A stretch of 64,000 bases of DNA from an uncultured delta proteobacterium (lineage in GTDB: Bacteria; Desulfobacterota; Binatia; Binatales; Binataceae). The stretch's first letter is position 1; every line of letters begins with the position of its first letter. Made by a program: the position numbers and the translations under genes. The stretch is from assembly GCA_963765675.1 (NCBI GenBank), contig CAVXXK010000003.1, forward strand, positions 320,001 to 384,000, written 5' to 3'. Below the pieces are notes generated by a model. The model was not told where the DNA came from, did not search any database, and saw nothing but the letters and a program-made list of their open reading frames with translations. Below, piece by piece: positions 38,174-48,860 of this stretch.

Positions 38174-39928
38174 TCAATCCGCAGCCGCCGTCTCGTGTTC
38201 GGCTACCGCCCACTGTGGAAGGTAATCCTCCGCCGCCTCGGGCGAGCTGTACTCGTACGGACCGCGGAATACCTCCGGCACCCTGCCCGGCCAGTTGCCG
38301 TGTCCCGGAGGCGATGGCGCGCTCCATTCGAGCGTATTGGCGTGCCACGGATTTTCCGTCGCCTTCTGGCCTCTGTAGTAGCTCCAGATCATGTTGGCGA
38401 GGAAAAGAAACTGCGCGGAGCCGAGCACGAAGGCGCTGATCGAGATGAACGTGTTGATCGGCTGGATCGGCTTCAGAAAATCATACTGTTGCGGATTGTA
38501 GATTCGGCGCATGTGGCCGGCCATGCCGAGAATATGCATCGGAAAAAAAGTGCAGTTGAACGCGACGAACGTAATCCAGAAATGAAGCTTGCCCAGAGAT
38601 TCGTTCATCATACGTCCGAACATTTTCGGATACCAATACGTAATCCCGGCGAAGATTCCGAACAGGCTTCCGCCGAACAGCACGTAGTGGATGTGCGCGA
38701 CGATGAAGTAGGTGTCGTGGATGTACATGTCCACCGGCGTGCAGGCCATGAAGATTCCCGACAGTCCGCCGATCACGAACATCGCGACGAACGACAGCGC
38801 ATTGAGCATCGCGGCCGTGTAGTGGATGTCGCCCTTATACAGCGTGCCCAGCCAGTTGAACGTCTTAATCGCCGACGGCACCGCGATCACCATCGTGGTC
38901 AGCATGAAGCTGGTGCCGAGTTCCGGGTCCATGCCGGACTGGAACATGTGATGGCCCCACACCATCCAGGACAGTCCCGCGATCGCGCAGATCGCGTAGA
39001 CCATCGCGCGGTAGCCGAAAATCGGCTTGCGCGAGAAGGTCGCGATAACCTCGGACGCGATCCCCATCGCCGGGAGGATCATGATGTAGACCTCGGGATG
39101 CCCGAAGAACCAGAACAGATGCTGCCACAGGATCGGCTCGCCGCCGCCCGCGGGCAGGAAGAAATGGGTCCCGCCCATCCGATCGAACAGCAACAGCGCA
39201 AGCGCCGTGGTCAATACCGGCAGCGCCAGCAGCAGCAGAATCGCAGTGATGAACAACGCCCATATCACCAGCGGGAGGCGGAAGAAATGCATCCCCTTGG
39301 TTCGCATGTTGATGATCGTCGTGATGTAGTTGATCGAGCCCATCAGTGACGACACACCGAGCACAATGATGCTGATGCACCAGAGGTTCTGGCCCCAATC
39401 GACGCCGGTGTAGATCGGCACCGCGCTGAGCGGCGCATATGATGTCCATCCGGCGGCGGCCGGACCGCCTGACACGAAGAACGACGACAGCATGATCACG
39501 CCGGCGACCGCGCCCACCCAGAACGAGAGCATGTTGAGCTTGGGAAACGCCATGTCGCGCGCGCCGATCATCAGCGGAATCAGGAAATTACCGAAGCATC
39601 CGACCAGGATCGGCATCACGACGAAGAAGATCATGATCGTCGCGTGCATGGTGAGCGTCGAGTTATAGGTCGCGGCGGTTATTGCGCTGTCGTTCTGGAT
39701 CGACTGCGGAAAAAACCGCAGGAAGCTGAACTGCGTGTCGGGCCACGCCAGATCCAACCGCATCAGCATCGCCATCAGGCCGCCGATCGCCATCATGAAT
39801 AGCGCCACGAACAGGAACTGGCGCCCGATCATCTTGTGGTCTTCTGAAAAGATATAGGTGCGCCAAAATCCGAGCTCGTGATGCTCGGCGTGCGCGCCTC
39901 CAACCGCAACCGCTGCCGTGCTGCTCAT
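38174..39928 (-). CDS. ctaD: Cytochrome c oxidase subunit I (family A1)
   Basis: DHKMIG, TMHATIM, WFFGHPEVY (A1 Glu), WGHHM, HDTYFIVAHIHY, MRR. Confidence 0.98.
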   Translation of the reverse strand: MSSTAAVAVGGAHAEHHELGFWRTYIFSEDHKMIGRQFLFVALFMMAIGGLMAMLMRLDLAWPDTQFSFLRFFPQSIQNDSAITAATYNSTLTMHATIMIFFVVMPILVGCFGNFLIPLMIGARDMAFPKLNMLSFWVGAVAGVIMLSSFFVSGGPAAAGWTSYAPLSAVPIYTGVDWGQNLWCISIIVLGVSSLMGSINYITTIINMRTKGMHFFRLPLVIWALFITAILLLLALPVLTTALALLLFDRMGGTHFFLPAGGGEPILWQHLFWFFGHPEVYIMILPAMGIASEVIATFSRKPIFGYRAMVYAICAIAGLSWMVWGHHMFQSGMDPELGTSFMLTTMVIAVPSAIKTFNWLGTLYKGDIHYTAAMLNALSFVAMFVIGGLSGIFMACTPVDMYIHDTYFIVAHIHYVLFGGSLFGIFAGITYWYPKMFGRMMNESLGKLHFWITFVAFNCTFFPMHILGMAGHMRRIYNPQQYDFLKPIQPINTFISISAFVLGSAQFLFLANMIWSYYRGQKATENPWHANTLEWSAPSPPGHGNWPGRVPEVFRGPYEYSSPEAAEDYLPQWAVAEHETAAAD

Positions 39929-39971
39929 CTGAGCAAATCTCCTCCGCGCTCTATCGCGGGAATCTCATCCA

Positions 39972-40643
39972 TTACTGGTTGGCGTTCGCGTACTGATCTT
40001 TGAGCCATTTCTGAAAATCCGCTTCCGATTGGACGGTCAGCGTCCCCTGCATCCCGGAGTGTCCGAATCCGCACAGCTCCGCGCACGGGATCGCATAGGT
40101 GCCGATTTCCTTCGCCTCGAACCACACGTCGATCACGCGGCCCGGCACCGCATCCTGCTTGAGCCTGAGGTTCGGCACGAAAAAGCTGTGAATGACATCT
40201 TTTGAAGCGAGGCCGATCCGCACCACCTGGTTCACCGGCACATGCATCTCGTTCTCGACAGTGACATCGTCCTTGGTGCCAAGTTTTCCGTCGGGACCCG
40301 GATAGGTGATTTCCCAGTTAAACTGCTTGGCGGTCACGTTGTAGAAGACCTGCCCCGGAGGTCCGTTCTCTTTGATGTCGGCCCAGGTCGAGCGGCTCAT
40401 CATCGCAAGGACGATCAGGATCACGGCGGTGATGCTGGTCCAGGTGACCTCGAGCCGCGTGTTGCCCTCGATATATTCGGCCTTGCGGCCGGGTCGATGC
40501 CGGTATTTGAACAGGAACGTGACCAGCGCGACCATCACCGCCAGCCACGTCACCACGACGATCCAGAAGATCAGGGTGAACAGGAAATCGATCCGCGGCC
40601 CGAACGTGGAAATATCGTGCGGGAAGTACATGAATTCCAGCAT
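39972..40643 (-). CDS. ctaC: Cytochrome c oxidase subunit II (CuA, no cytochrome c fusion)
   Basis: Two TM helices, QFNW, DVIHSF, CAELCGFGHSGM; no CxxCH extension. Confidence 0.96.
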   Translation of the reverse strand: MLEFMYFPHDISTFGPRIDFLFTLIFWIVVVTWLAVMVALVTFLFKYRHRPGRKAEYIEGNTRLEVTWTSITAVILIVLAMMSRSTWADIKENGPPGQVFYNVTAKQFNWEITYPGPDGKLGTKDDVTVENEMHVPVNQVVRIGLASKDVIHSFFVPNLRLKQDAVPGRVIDVWFEAKEIGTYAIPCAELCGFGHSGMQGTLTVQSEADFQKWLKDQYANANQ

Positions 40644-41065
40644 CTTGGAAGCCTCACCCCCTGCGCTCTAACGCGCACGTATACCTGCTGCTCCCGAACG
40701 GACCGGCGCAGTTAGATCGGCGCGTACGCAAACCCGGATTCATAAAAGCCGCGCGATTATGCGCATCCGCGATCCGTTTAGTGAAATGAAAAATTCTGTC
40801 CGTGCCACAATCCAAAGCTTACGCAAGATAGCAGCGGCTGCGGGGATTTTCCAGTGATTGCAGGCGCTTTTGAGCCAGCGGCCGTTCCTCGCCGAATTTT
40901 CCAACCCCGCCGCAAAACCGCTCGCACGACATAAGTCGGCATTGTCCGGAGTCATTCCTTTCTTGATGCTTCAAGCGCATCGGACGCGGGGCTCTGCGTC
41001 CATTTGGCGATGCCCCGTCTTTCGGCTAGAACTCGCTAGTTGCTGATAACGGAGGTCGAGCGTTT

Positions 41066-42855
41066 ATGGCGGATCGGGTGGCGACGTTGGCCTTGGGATT
41101 CGAGCGGCAGGTCGGGAAATACGGCGATCGCAAGTTTCTACAGGAAAAGCGGAACAAGGAGTGGCAGAGCCATTCGTTCAACGCGGTTTCCGCGGCGGCC
41201 GGCCGTCTGCGCGGAGGTCTGGCCAAGCCTGGGAGTTCGCCCCGGCGACCGGATCGGAATCCTTTCCGATAATTCTCCGCAGTGGATCATCGTCGATCAG
41301 GCTACGCTCGGACTCGGCGCCATCGTGGTGCCGCTGTACACCACCAGCGGCGTCGAAGAGACCCGTCATGTAATAGAGCGACTCGGGCGCGAGGATTGTC
41401 GCAGCCAACGGACCCGAGCACGTGAAGAAGCTGCTCGCGATGGCGCCGTCGATCCCCGAAATGACCGCGATTATCGCGATCCATCACGGCGCCGAGCCGC
41501 AACCCGCCGCGAACGGCGGATCTCCGGTGCTGACGCTCGACTCGGCCAGCGCCGATTCCGCCGCGCCGGTCGTTCAGGGCTCGCCCGACGATCTGGCGAC
41601 GATCATCTACACCTCGGGCACAACGGGACCGTCCAAGGGCGTGATGCTCACGCACGGGAACATCCTGGCTAACTGCTACGACGCGCTCGAAGCGCTGACG
41701 CTCAGCGATACCGACCAGACGCTCTCGGTTCTGCCGATTGCGCATTCGTTCGAGCGCACAGCAGGATACTACGCGGTCACGATGGCGGGCGGATCGATCG
41801 CGTTCGCCGAAGGCCTGACCTCGATCGCGGCGAACCTGCAGGAGATTCGGCCGACCGTGCTGCTGGTGGTGCCGCGACTGCTCGAAGTGATTTACAGCCG
41901 AGTGATGAAGCAGGTCGAGTCGGGCCCCGCCTTCAAGCGCGCGATGTTCAATGCGGCGGTATCGGTCGGCAAGCAGGCCGCGGAGTATCGGCATCATGGA
42001 AAGAACGTGCCGCCGCAGCTCGCCGCTCCGATGGCGATATTCCGCAAGCTGGTGTTCGCGCGGATCAACGCGGTCTTCGGCGGACGGCTGCGCTATCTTA
42101 TTTCCGGCGGAGCGCCGCTGCCCAAGGAGATCTTCCGCTTCCTCGCCGCGGCGGAAGTTCCGATCGTCGAGGGTTACGGACTCACCGAGGCGGCGCCGGT
42201 CGTGTCGGTGAACCTCGATCGCGGACGGACCCGAATCGGCACCGTCGGCCGCCCGCTCGCGACCGTGGAGGCGAAGACCGCGCCCGACGGCGAGCTGCTG
42301 CTGCGCGGACCCAACGTGATGAAGGGCTACTACAAGCGCGAGGACGACACGCGCGAAACGATCGACGCCGAAGGATGGCTGCATACCGGCGACATCGCGA
42401 GCATCGACGCCGAGGGCTTTATCGCGATCACCGATCGCAAGAAGGAGATCATCGTGCTCTCCGGCGGCAAGAATATCTCGCCGGCGAATCTCGAGACGCG
42501 CCTCGCGACCGACCCCTACATCGCGCAGGCATGCGTGATCGGCGACCGGAGAAAGCATCTGGCGGCGCTGCTGGTCCCGAACCTCGAAAACCTGGGCGAC
42601 TATCTCAAGACCAACGGACTCGACGCCAAGCGGCCCGAGGAGCTGGTCGAGACGCCTGCGATCCGGCAGCTATTTGGATCGAAGCTCAAGGAGTTCAACA
42701 AGCCGCTCTCGGACGTCGAGGCGATCTCGGCTTTCACGCTGGTAGCGCGTCCATTCTCGCAAGAGAACGGCGAGCTGACCCCGACGCTCAAGCTCCGCCG
42801 CAAGGTAGTGCAGGAGCATTATCGCGAGCAGATAGAATCGATGTATCGGGATTGA
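41066..42855 (+). CDS. fadD: Long-chain fatty acid-CoA ligase with two +1 frameshifts (~41228, ~41375)
   Basis: GGAGG RBS and MADRVATL...; frames join to ...GLAK/LGVRPGDRIGI...RHVI/SDSGARIV...; YTSGTTGPSKG, EGYGLTE, TGD and PTLKLRR motifs. Confidence 0.9.
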
Positions 42856-42887
42856 GGCGTGATATTCTGAAGGTACGCTCGATCCCG

Positions 42888-43673
42888 ATGCCCGAATATA
42901 GCGGCAGATTTGAGTCCACCGTTCCTTACTACGCGCGGTTTCGTCCGCGCTATCCGGCGGCGCTGTTCGAGCTGATCGCGGAGCGGCGCGGGCTGGACGG
43001 TCGCGGGCGGCTGCTCGACCTCGGATGCGGCCCCGGATTTATCGCGATCGCGATGGCGCCCTACTTCGCCGAGGTTGTCGGCGTCGATCCCGAGCCTGCG
43101 ATGCTCGACGCGGCGCGCCACGAAGCCGCACGCGCGCAGGTGGCGCTGACGCTGGTTGCGGGAAGCTCGCAGACGCTCGGTCCCGAGTTCGGCGCGTTCC
43201 GGATGGCGACGATGGGGCGCTCGTTCCATTGGATGGATCGCGACGCGACACTGGCGGCGCTCGACACGATGATCGAGCCGGGCGGCGCAATCGCTCTTAT
43301 TGGCGAGCGGCTGCTCGACGCGCCGGAGAACGGATGGCGCGCGGCGTGGGAGATCGTGTCGCGCAAATATGCGACGGCGCGCGCGCACCGGCGTCACTGG
43401 ACCAATCCCGCGTGGGAGCGGCACGAGACCGTGGTGCTCCGCTCGCCCTTCTCCGTTATCGAACGGGTCGCGGTGTCGGGCCGACGGACCTCGAGTCTTG
43501 ACGATTTGATCGGCCGCGCCTACTCGATGTCTTCGACGTCGATCGCTTTCCTGGGCGATCGGCGCGAGGCGTTCGAGCGCGAGCTGCGCGCGGCGCTGCT
43601 CGAATTCTCGCCCTCGGGAATGTTCGAAGAGATCGTCGAGAGCGAAGCGCTTCTCGCCTCGCGGCCGGCGTAG
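42888..43673 (+). CDS. Class I SAM-dependent methyltransferase
   Basis: YARFRPRYP, LLDLGCGPG, GVDPEPAML, SFHWMD. Confidence 0.9.
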   Translation: MPEYSGRFESTVPYYARFRPRYPAALFELIAERRGLDGRGRLLDLGCGPGFIAIAMAPYFAEVVGVDPEPAMLDAARHEAARAQVALTLVAGSSQTLGPEFGAFRMATMGRSFHWMDRDATLAALDTMIEPGGAIALIGERLLDAPENGWRAAWEIVSRKYATARAHRRHWTNPAWERHETVVLRSPFSVIERVAVSGRRTSSLDDLIGRAYSMSSTSIAFLGDRREAFERELRAALLEFSPSGMFEEIVESEALLASRPA

Positions 43674-43679
43674 CCGAAT

Positions 43680-44942
43680 TCACTCGGGCGTGACCGCGAT
43701 CAGATCATCGACCTGGCGCAGGCTCGGGAACATCCACATCCACAGCGCGACCACGCCGATAGTTCCGATTCCTCCGATCACCACCGAGGCGACGGTGCCG
43801 AACCACGCGGCGGTGACGCCCGACTCGAACTCGCCGAGCTCATTCGAGGTGCCGATGAACAGCGAGTTGATCGCGCTGACCCGCCCGCGCATCGCGTCGG
43901 GAGTCGCGAGCTGCGTCAGCGTATGGCGGACATAGACGCTGATCATGTCCGACGCTCCCAGCACGACGAGCGCGCCGAGCGACAGCGCAAAATTTTGCGA
44001 GACGCCAAACACGATCGTCGCGATTCCGAAAATCGCGACGCATCCGAACATCGTCAGGCCGGCGCGGCGCCGCAGCGGAATCCTCACCAGGCCAAGACCC
44101 ATCACGGCGGCTCCCAGAGCGGGCGCGCTGCGGAGCAGGCCCAGCCCGCCCGGACCGACGCGCAGGATGTCGCGCGCGTAGATCGGGAGCAGCGCGGTCG
44201 CGCCACCGAGCAGCACCGCGAACAGATCGAGCGAGATTGCGCCCAGGATGATCGGCTGCGTCCGGAGATATTCGATTCCCGCCGTCACCCGCGCGAACGC
44301 GCTTTGTCCCGGCGGCGGAGCCTGATGAACGCTCTGCGTGTGGATCAGCGCGAACGCGAGCGCGACTACCGAGAACATCGCAAGGCACATCCCATACGCC
44401 GCGAGCGCCCCGAACACGTAGAGCAGTCCTCCCAGCGCGGGACCCGCGATAGTCGCGATCTGGCGGGCCGACGAAGTCCATGCGACCGCCTCGGGAAACT
44501 GCTCGACCGGAACCAGCAGCGGCAGGAACGCATCCGATGCCGGCCGCACGAACGCGCGCACGACCCCGAGCAACGCGAGCACCGCATAGAACGGCGCGAT
44601 CACGCGATAGTCCGCGAAGGTGAGCGCCAGCAATGCGCCCGCGCAGAGCGCTTGGACGACAAATCCAATCGAGAGAATCGTGCGGCGGTTGCGGCGATCG
44701 GCCAGATCGCCCGCGGGCAGCGCGAGAATCGCCATCGGCAGAAACTGCGCAAGACCCGCGTAGCCGAGGACCAACGGTTCGCGCGCGATGTCATAGATCT
44801 GCCAACTGACCGCGACCGATTGCGCCGCCGACGCGAGCGACGCAAGAAACATCGCGAGCAGGAACAGCTTGAAGTCGCGGCGGGCAAAGACGCTTTCGCG
44901 GCGCTCCGGCGAGGACTCGAATGACGGCTCGGGAAGGTCCAT
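43680..44942 (-). CDS. MFS transporter (EntS/MFS_3-like)
   Basis: GDLADRRNRR, ISLDLFAVLLGGATALLP, TPDAMRGRV, SNELGEFESG. Confidence 0.92.
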   Translation of the reverse strand: MDLPEPSFESSPERRESVFARRDFKLFLLAMFLASLASAAQSVAVSWQIYDIAREPLVLGYAGLAQFLPMAILALPAGDLADRRNRRTILSIGFVVQALCAGALLALTFADYRVIAPFYAVLALLGVVRAFVRPASDAFLPLLVPVEQFPEAVAWTSSARQIATIAGPALGGLLYVFGALAAYGMCLAMFSVVALAFALIHTQSVHQAPPPGQSAFARVTAGIEYLRTQPIILGAISLDLFAVLLGGATALLPIYARDILRVGPGGLGLLRSAPALGAAVMGLGLVRIPLRRRAGLTMFGCVAIFGIATIVFGVSQNFALSLGALVVLGASDMISVYVRHTLTQLATPDAMRGRVSAINSLFIGTSNELGEFESGVTAAWFGTVASVVIGGIGTIGVVALWMWMFPSLRQVDDLIAVTPE

Positions 44943-45165
44943 GGCGCGGTTCCTACTGACGCCACAGCGATCGCCGCCAGGCAAGTGCGTTGCGCGGACG
45001 TATCAAACCGGCGCGCCATCGATCGCAAAGAGGCTGTATCTTCGCCCGGCGCAACAGCATAGGATGTCGCTATAACGGTCGGATTGTTTCCTTCATCTGA
45101 ATCCGGGAATTAGCCCGGATTTTCTGTTCGAGCTTTCCCGGCAAATACCTAACGGAGGGCAAATA

Positions 45166-45495
45166 ATGCCCAGCAAGTTGTACGTAGGCAATCTGGCCTA
45201 CACGGTTTCTAATAGCGACCTCGAGTCACTTTTCTCACAGGTCGGACAGGTCGCGAGCGTCGCGGTTATCATGGACAAGTTTTCCGGCCAGTCGAAGGGA
45301 TTCGGCTTTGTCGAGATGACCAATGCGGAAGATGCCTCGAAAGCAATCCAGCAGTTCAATGAGACGGAACTCAAGGGACGCAATATCAAGGTCAATGAAG
45401 CCAAGCCTCGTGAGTCTGGCTTCGGCGGCGGCGGCGGCAATCGCAGCGGCGGTGGAAACCGCAGCGGCGGCGGCGGCGGGCGCGACCGCTGGTAG
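45166..45495 (+). CDS. RRM RNA-binding protein with Gly/Arg-rich tail
   Basis: RNP2 LYVGNL, RNP1 KGFGFVEM, GR.IKVNEA; GGAGG RBS. Confidence 0.96.
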   Translation: MPSKLYVGNLAYTVSNSDLESLFSQVGQVASVAVIMDKFSGQSKGFGFVEMTNAEDASKAIQQFNETELKGRNIKVNEAKPRESGFGGGGGNRSGGGNRSGGGGGRDRW

Positions 45496-45506
45496 GATGA
45501 CATCCC

Positions 45507-45536
45507 AAGGGCGGGCTTCGGCCCGCCCTTTCTTTC
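45507..45536 (+). terminator. Intrinsic terminator
   Basis: AAGGGCGGGC-TTCG-GCCCGCCCTT followed by TCTTTC. Confidence 0.85.
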
Positions 45537-45591
45537 TGTCGATTCCGCATGCTTGAGTACTTGAGCGATTTGATCCACAGGAACCAACCGC

Positions 45592-45801
45592 ATGAATGAA
45601 AAACGCCGCAAGGAACAACTGCGAAAACAAAAACAGCAGGACAAGGAACAGCGCAAAGCCCGGCGCTTAGCTGAAAAGAAGACCAACCCGGGCGGCCTCG
45701 ACGCCGACTTGGAAGGAATCGTCGCCGGACCTCAGCCCGGCCAGATTATTAACCTCGACGAGGATTTGCCTGCCCCCTCCGTGACGCGCACCAACGAGTG
45801 A
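45592..45801 (+). CDS. Small basic hypothetical protein
   Basis: Lys/Arg/Gln-rich helix then DADLEGIVAGPQP; AGGA RBS. Confidence 0.7.
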   Translation: MNEKRRKEQLRKQKQQDKEQRKARRLAEKKTNPGGLDADLEGIVAGPQPGQIINLDEDLPAPSVTRTNE

Positions 45802-45988
45802 GCGCCGATGGCAGGGGTCCGCCTATCGGATCTCGCGATCCACCGGAATCTTTTTAAATCAACTACTTAGTGGCTTCGTTCAGTCAATTTCTATGGGCTC
45901 CTGCGCTCGGGACTATCGCGATTCTTACGTCCTGAAGCGCGACTCTTCGCCCCGTCACTTCGAACCATAGGGCGCACCGCGCGAATCC

Positions 45989-47446
45989 TTAGCGTGCGCT
46001 AGGGGTTGCTGCTTCCATCGCCCGGGTGGAGGGCACCGTGGAACGGCGGCCGGAAACTTCGGCACCGGCATGACGCTCAAGCGAATAGTACATAAGCGCC
46101 GACACCAGTGAGAGTATGGCGGTGATTAGGAAAGCCGGAGTGAAATCCAGGGTCGACAACACTTTGGACCCGTGGAACCACAAGCTGAAATGCAAGACCA
46201 GCGCGCCGATCGTGATGCCGAGACTGAAAAAGAATTGCTGCGCCATGCTCGAGAGCGTCGATGCGCTGCTCATGGACTCGTTCGGAACGTCCGCGTAAGT
46301 GAGCGTTCCCAGCGCCGTGAACTGAAGCGAGCGCAGAAACCCTCCGACAAACAGCGCAGCAACGATCACGGTGTGCGGGGTTGATGGACGGAATAATGCG
46401 TAGCTCGCGAGAATCAACGCGCACAAGATGCCGTTGCTGATCAGCACGGACTTGAAGCCCAGCCGCTGGATAATTGGTCCGGCGGTCGGCTTCATCAGGA
46501 GCGCGCCGCAAGCGCTGGTGAAGGTCAGCATCCCGGAAGCGAATGGTGTCAATCCAAACACGAGCTGCAATAGCATCGGGAGCAGGAAGGGCAACGCGCC
46601 AATTCCGATCCTGAACAGTCCGCCGCCGACCGTCGAGATCGCAAAGGTCGGGATTTTGAGTAATCTCAGATCGACGATCGGATGAGGAATGCGCCGGGCG
46701 TGAAAGACATATGATCCAAGGCAGATGCCGCCGGCCGCGAGCACGCACATCGTCACGCCGGCCGGCACAATCGCGCGGCCGATCGTTTCAAAGCCAAATA
46801 CCAGGCCCGCGAGGCCGAGTCCGGTTAAGACGAAGCCGCGCAGATCGAGAGGCCCTACCTCCGCGGCGCTCACGTCCTCGATGAACATCGAGACCAGCGT
46901 TATGCCCAGAATCCCGATCGGCACGTTGATAAAGAAAATCCAGCGCCACGACCAGTAGGTCACGATAAAACCGCCGACCGGCGGTCCCACCACCGGGCCG
47001 AGCACCGCGGGCACGGTCAGATAGGACATCGCGGTGACTAGGTTGGCCTTCTCAACGGTCTTAAGAACGATCACCCTTCCGACAGGCACCATCATCGCGC
47101 CGCCGAAGCCCTGCAGGATGCGCGAGAAGACGATCGTGGAGAGTGATCCAGACAGGCCGCACAGCACGGAGCCGAGCGTGAAGATCACGATCGCGGCGCG
47201 AAAGACCGTGCGGCAGCCGAATCGGTCCGCCATCCATCCGCTGATCGGCACGAAGACCGCGAGGCTCAGCATGTAGGCGGTGATCGCTAGATTGAGCCTG
47301 ATCGGATCCTGATGTAGCGACGTCGCCATCGCGGGCAGCGCGGTCGAGATGACCGTGGAATCGAGCATCTCCATGAACAGCGCGCATCCGACGATCAGAG
47401 GCGCGACCAGTTCGGTCGGTGCCGTACGATTCGTGCCGGGATCCAT
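45989..47446 (-). CDS. DHA2 family MFS efflux transporter
   Basis: FMEMLDSTV, GWMADRFG, GAMMVPVGR, WRWIFFINVPIG; about 14 TM. Confidence 0.94.
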   Translation of the reverse strand: MDPGTNRTAPTELVAPLIVGCALFMEMLDSTVISTALPAMATSLHQDPIRLNLAITAYMLSLAVFVPISGWMADRFGCRTVFRAAIVIFTLGSVLCGLSGSLSTIVFSRILQGFGGAMMVPVGRVIVLKTVEKANLVTAMSYLTVPAVLGPVVGPPVGGFIVTYWSWRWIFFINVPIGILGITLVSMFIEDVSAAEVGPLDLRGFVLTGLGLAGLVFGFETIGRAIVPAGVTMCVLAAGGICLGSYVFHARRIPHPIVDLRLLKIPTFAISTVGGGLFRIGIGALPFLLPMLLQLVFGLTPFASGMLTFTSACGALLMKPTAGPIIQRLGFKSVLISNGILCALILASYALFRPSTPHTVIVAALFVGGFLRSLQFTALGTLTYADVPNESMSSASTLSSMAQQFFFSLGITIGALVLHFSLWFHGSKVLSTLDFTPAFLITAILSLVSALMYYSLERHAGAEVSGRRSTVPSTRAMEAATPSAR

Positions 47447-47972
47447 AGAGATGTATCTGATTCGAGGCCCAGGCGCGGGTCAAATGGAGCGGGCGATGAG
47501 AGTCGCGGTGCGGAGTTTCAAAATCCGGAGAGGAGATCGTTTGGGGCGATCGGAACCGCTCCGTGGGCGCGGCGATTGCGAGAGGCGGCCGATCTATCGC
47601 ACGGAAGCCCGAACGCAAGAGCAATCACGCTCAGGAGAAGGAATGTAAATTCTCCGCTCGCGCATCCGGACTTCCGAGGTCGATACGACTCCATCGACAG
47701 GACGCTGCCCGGCTTTTTCAACGCGTGGAGACGCGGGGCTCGGCTGCTCATCCGTTTTATCATCGATCTCGCAACCCAATTCCGTCGATCATCAGGAATC
47801 GAGAGCAATTGCCACGCCACTCGTGATCGTGCCCAAAGCGGTGAATTCTCTTGCGGGGGCGGATCGGGAGCTCGCGGACATTCCAGATTGAAATGGCGCG
47901 GCATCTCAAAATGAATTGGAACTCCCGATTTCGGTTTTCTCAGTGAACTATTGATTTGATAAAATGCGGAGA

Positions 47973-48848
47973 ATGCGCGTACCGGAACAAAATCTCGCCG
48001 CGGTTTGGGACCAAGGGTTCACCATCGTCGAGAACTTTCTCGATCCCGACACGCTATCGGCGGCTCAGCAGGCTCTGTGGGAAATTTACCCAAGGCCCGA
48101 GGACTACTTCAGGGCATCCGATGAATTTCCAGAGTTCAGTCGCGACCAGTTCGCCGGCCTGCGGCTATTTCCTTACAACTCCTGGGCGCTGAATCATCTG
48201 GCCGTGAACCGCGACCTGGTCGACGCCGCCGAGCGCCTGCTGGGAACTCAGGATCTTGAAATCTACAAGATCGAGTTGTGGGCAAAGTACTCTGGAGCCG
48301 CCAATTATGATCAGGCGCATCATCGCGACTACGGAAATCACAGTCTGGTGGTGCCGCGTGCGGACCGGCAGCACACCCAAATGACCACCTTCATTATGCT
48401 CTCGGAGGTGACCGCCGATGATGCGCCTACCAAACTGGTTCCGCTGAAGTTCAGCCGGGTGCAGCCGCTCTCGACTCGCAGACTGCCATTCGGCGAACTT
48501 TTCGATCATGAGGTCGCGGCGACCGCTCCCGCGGGAAGCCTGCTGATCTACAAGACCGACATCTTTCATCGCGGTTCCGACTTCACCGGCGTAAACCGCT
48601 CGCGCTTCATGATGCTCGCCGATTTTCAGCAGCGAGGATGGCGCTGGCAAGGCAAGATGAGCTGGCCGCATCGCGCGAACATGCCGGGCATGTGCGAGGC
48701 GATCGTGCGGATGACGCCGCGCGAGCGCGATCTTTTCGGCTGGCCGCCGCCCGGAAGCGAATATTGGAACGAACAGACCATCGCGGATGTGGCGGCGCGA
48801 TATCCGGGTTTGGACATGACGCCCTACCTTAAAGCGTCCGCGGATTGA
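47973..48848 (+). CDS. Phytanoyl-CoA dioxygenase (PhyH) family Fe(II)/2OG oxygenase
   Basis: DQGF, HRD (HxD), APT.LVP, GSLL...FHRG...N...R; extended -10 TGATAAAAT 7 nt before ATG suggests a leaderless mRNA. Confidence 0.88.
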   Translation: MRVPEQNLAAVWDQGFTIVENFLDPDTLSAAQQALWEIYPRPEDYFRASDEFPEFSRDQFAGLRLFPYNSWALNHLAVNRDLVDAAERLLGTQDLEIYKIELWAKYSGAANYDQAHHRDYGNHSLVVPRADRQHTQMTTFIMLSEVTADDAPTKLVPLKFSRVQPLSTRRLPFGELFDHEVAATAPAGSLLIYKTDIFHRGSDFTGVNRSRFMMLADFQQRGWRWQGKMSWPHRANMPGMCEAIVRMTPRERDLFGWPPPGSEYWNEQTIADVAARYPGLDMTPYLKASAD

Positions 48849-48860
48849 TCGCGCGAAAGC

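Noticed and set aside
40790-40812. Sigma54 promoter for the cox operon (TGGCACG on the minus strand)
   Set aside because: No GC at the -12 position (GACAGAAT follows).
41200-41400. Programmed ribosomal frameshifting in fadD, tkt, tadE or DUF1302
   Set aside because: No slippery heptamers or shared context; scattered +1 indels are better explained by sequencing error.
42375-42887. Long N-terminal extension of the methyltransferase
   Set aside because: Alternative-frame overlap with fadD; the family-like sequence starts at 42888. The same applies to the extensions of hdeD (49583-49996), tonB (26044-26256) and DUF420 (34070-34231).
47450-47950. Coding or ncRNA content of the intergenic region between the DHA2 transporter and phyH
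   Set aside because: Several overlapping short ORFs with no motifs or codon bias, and no convincing conserved structure.
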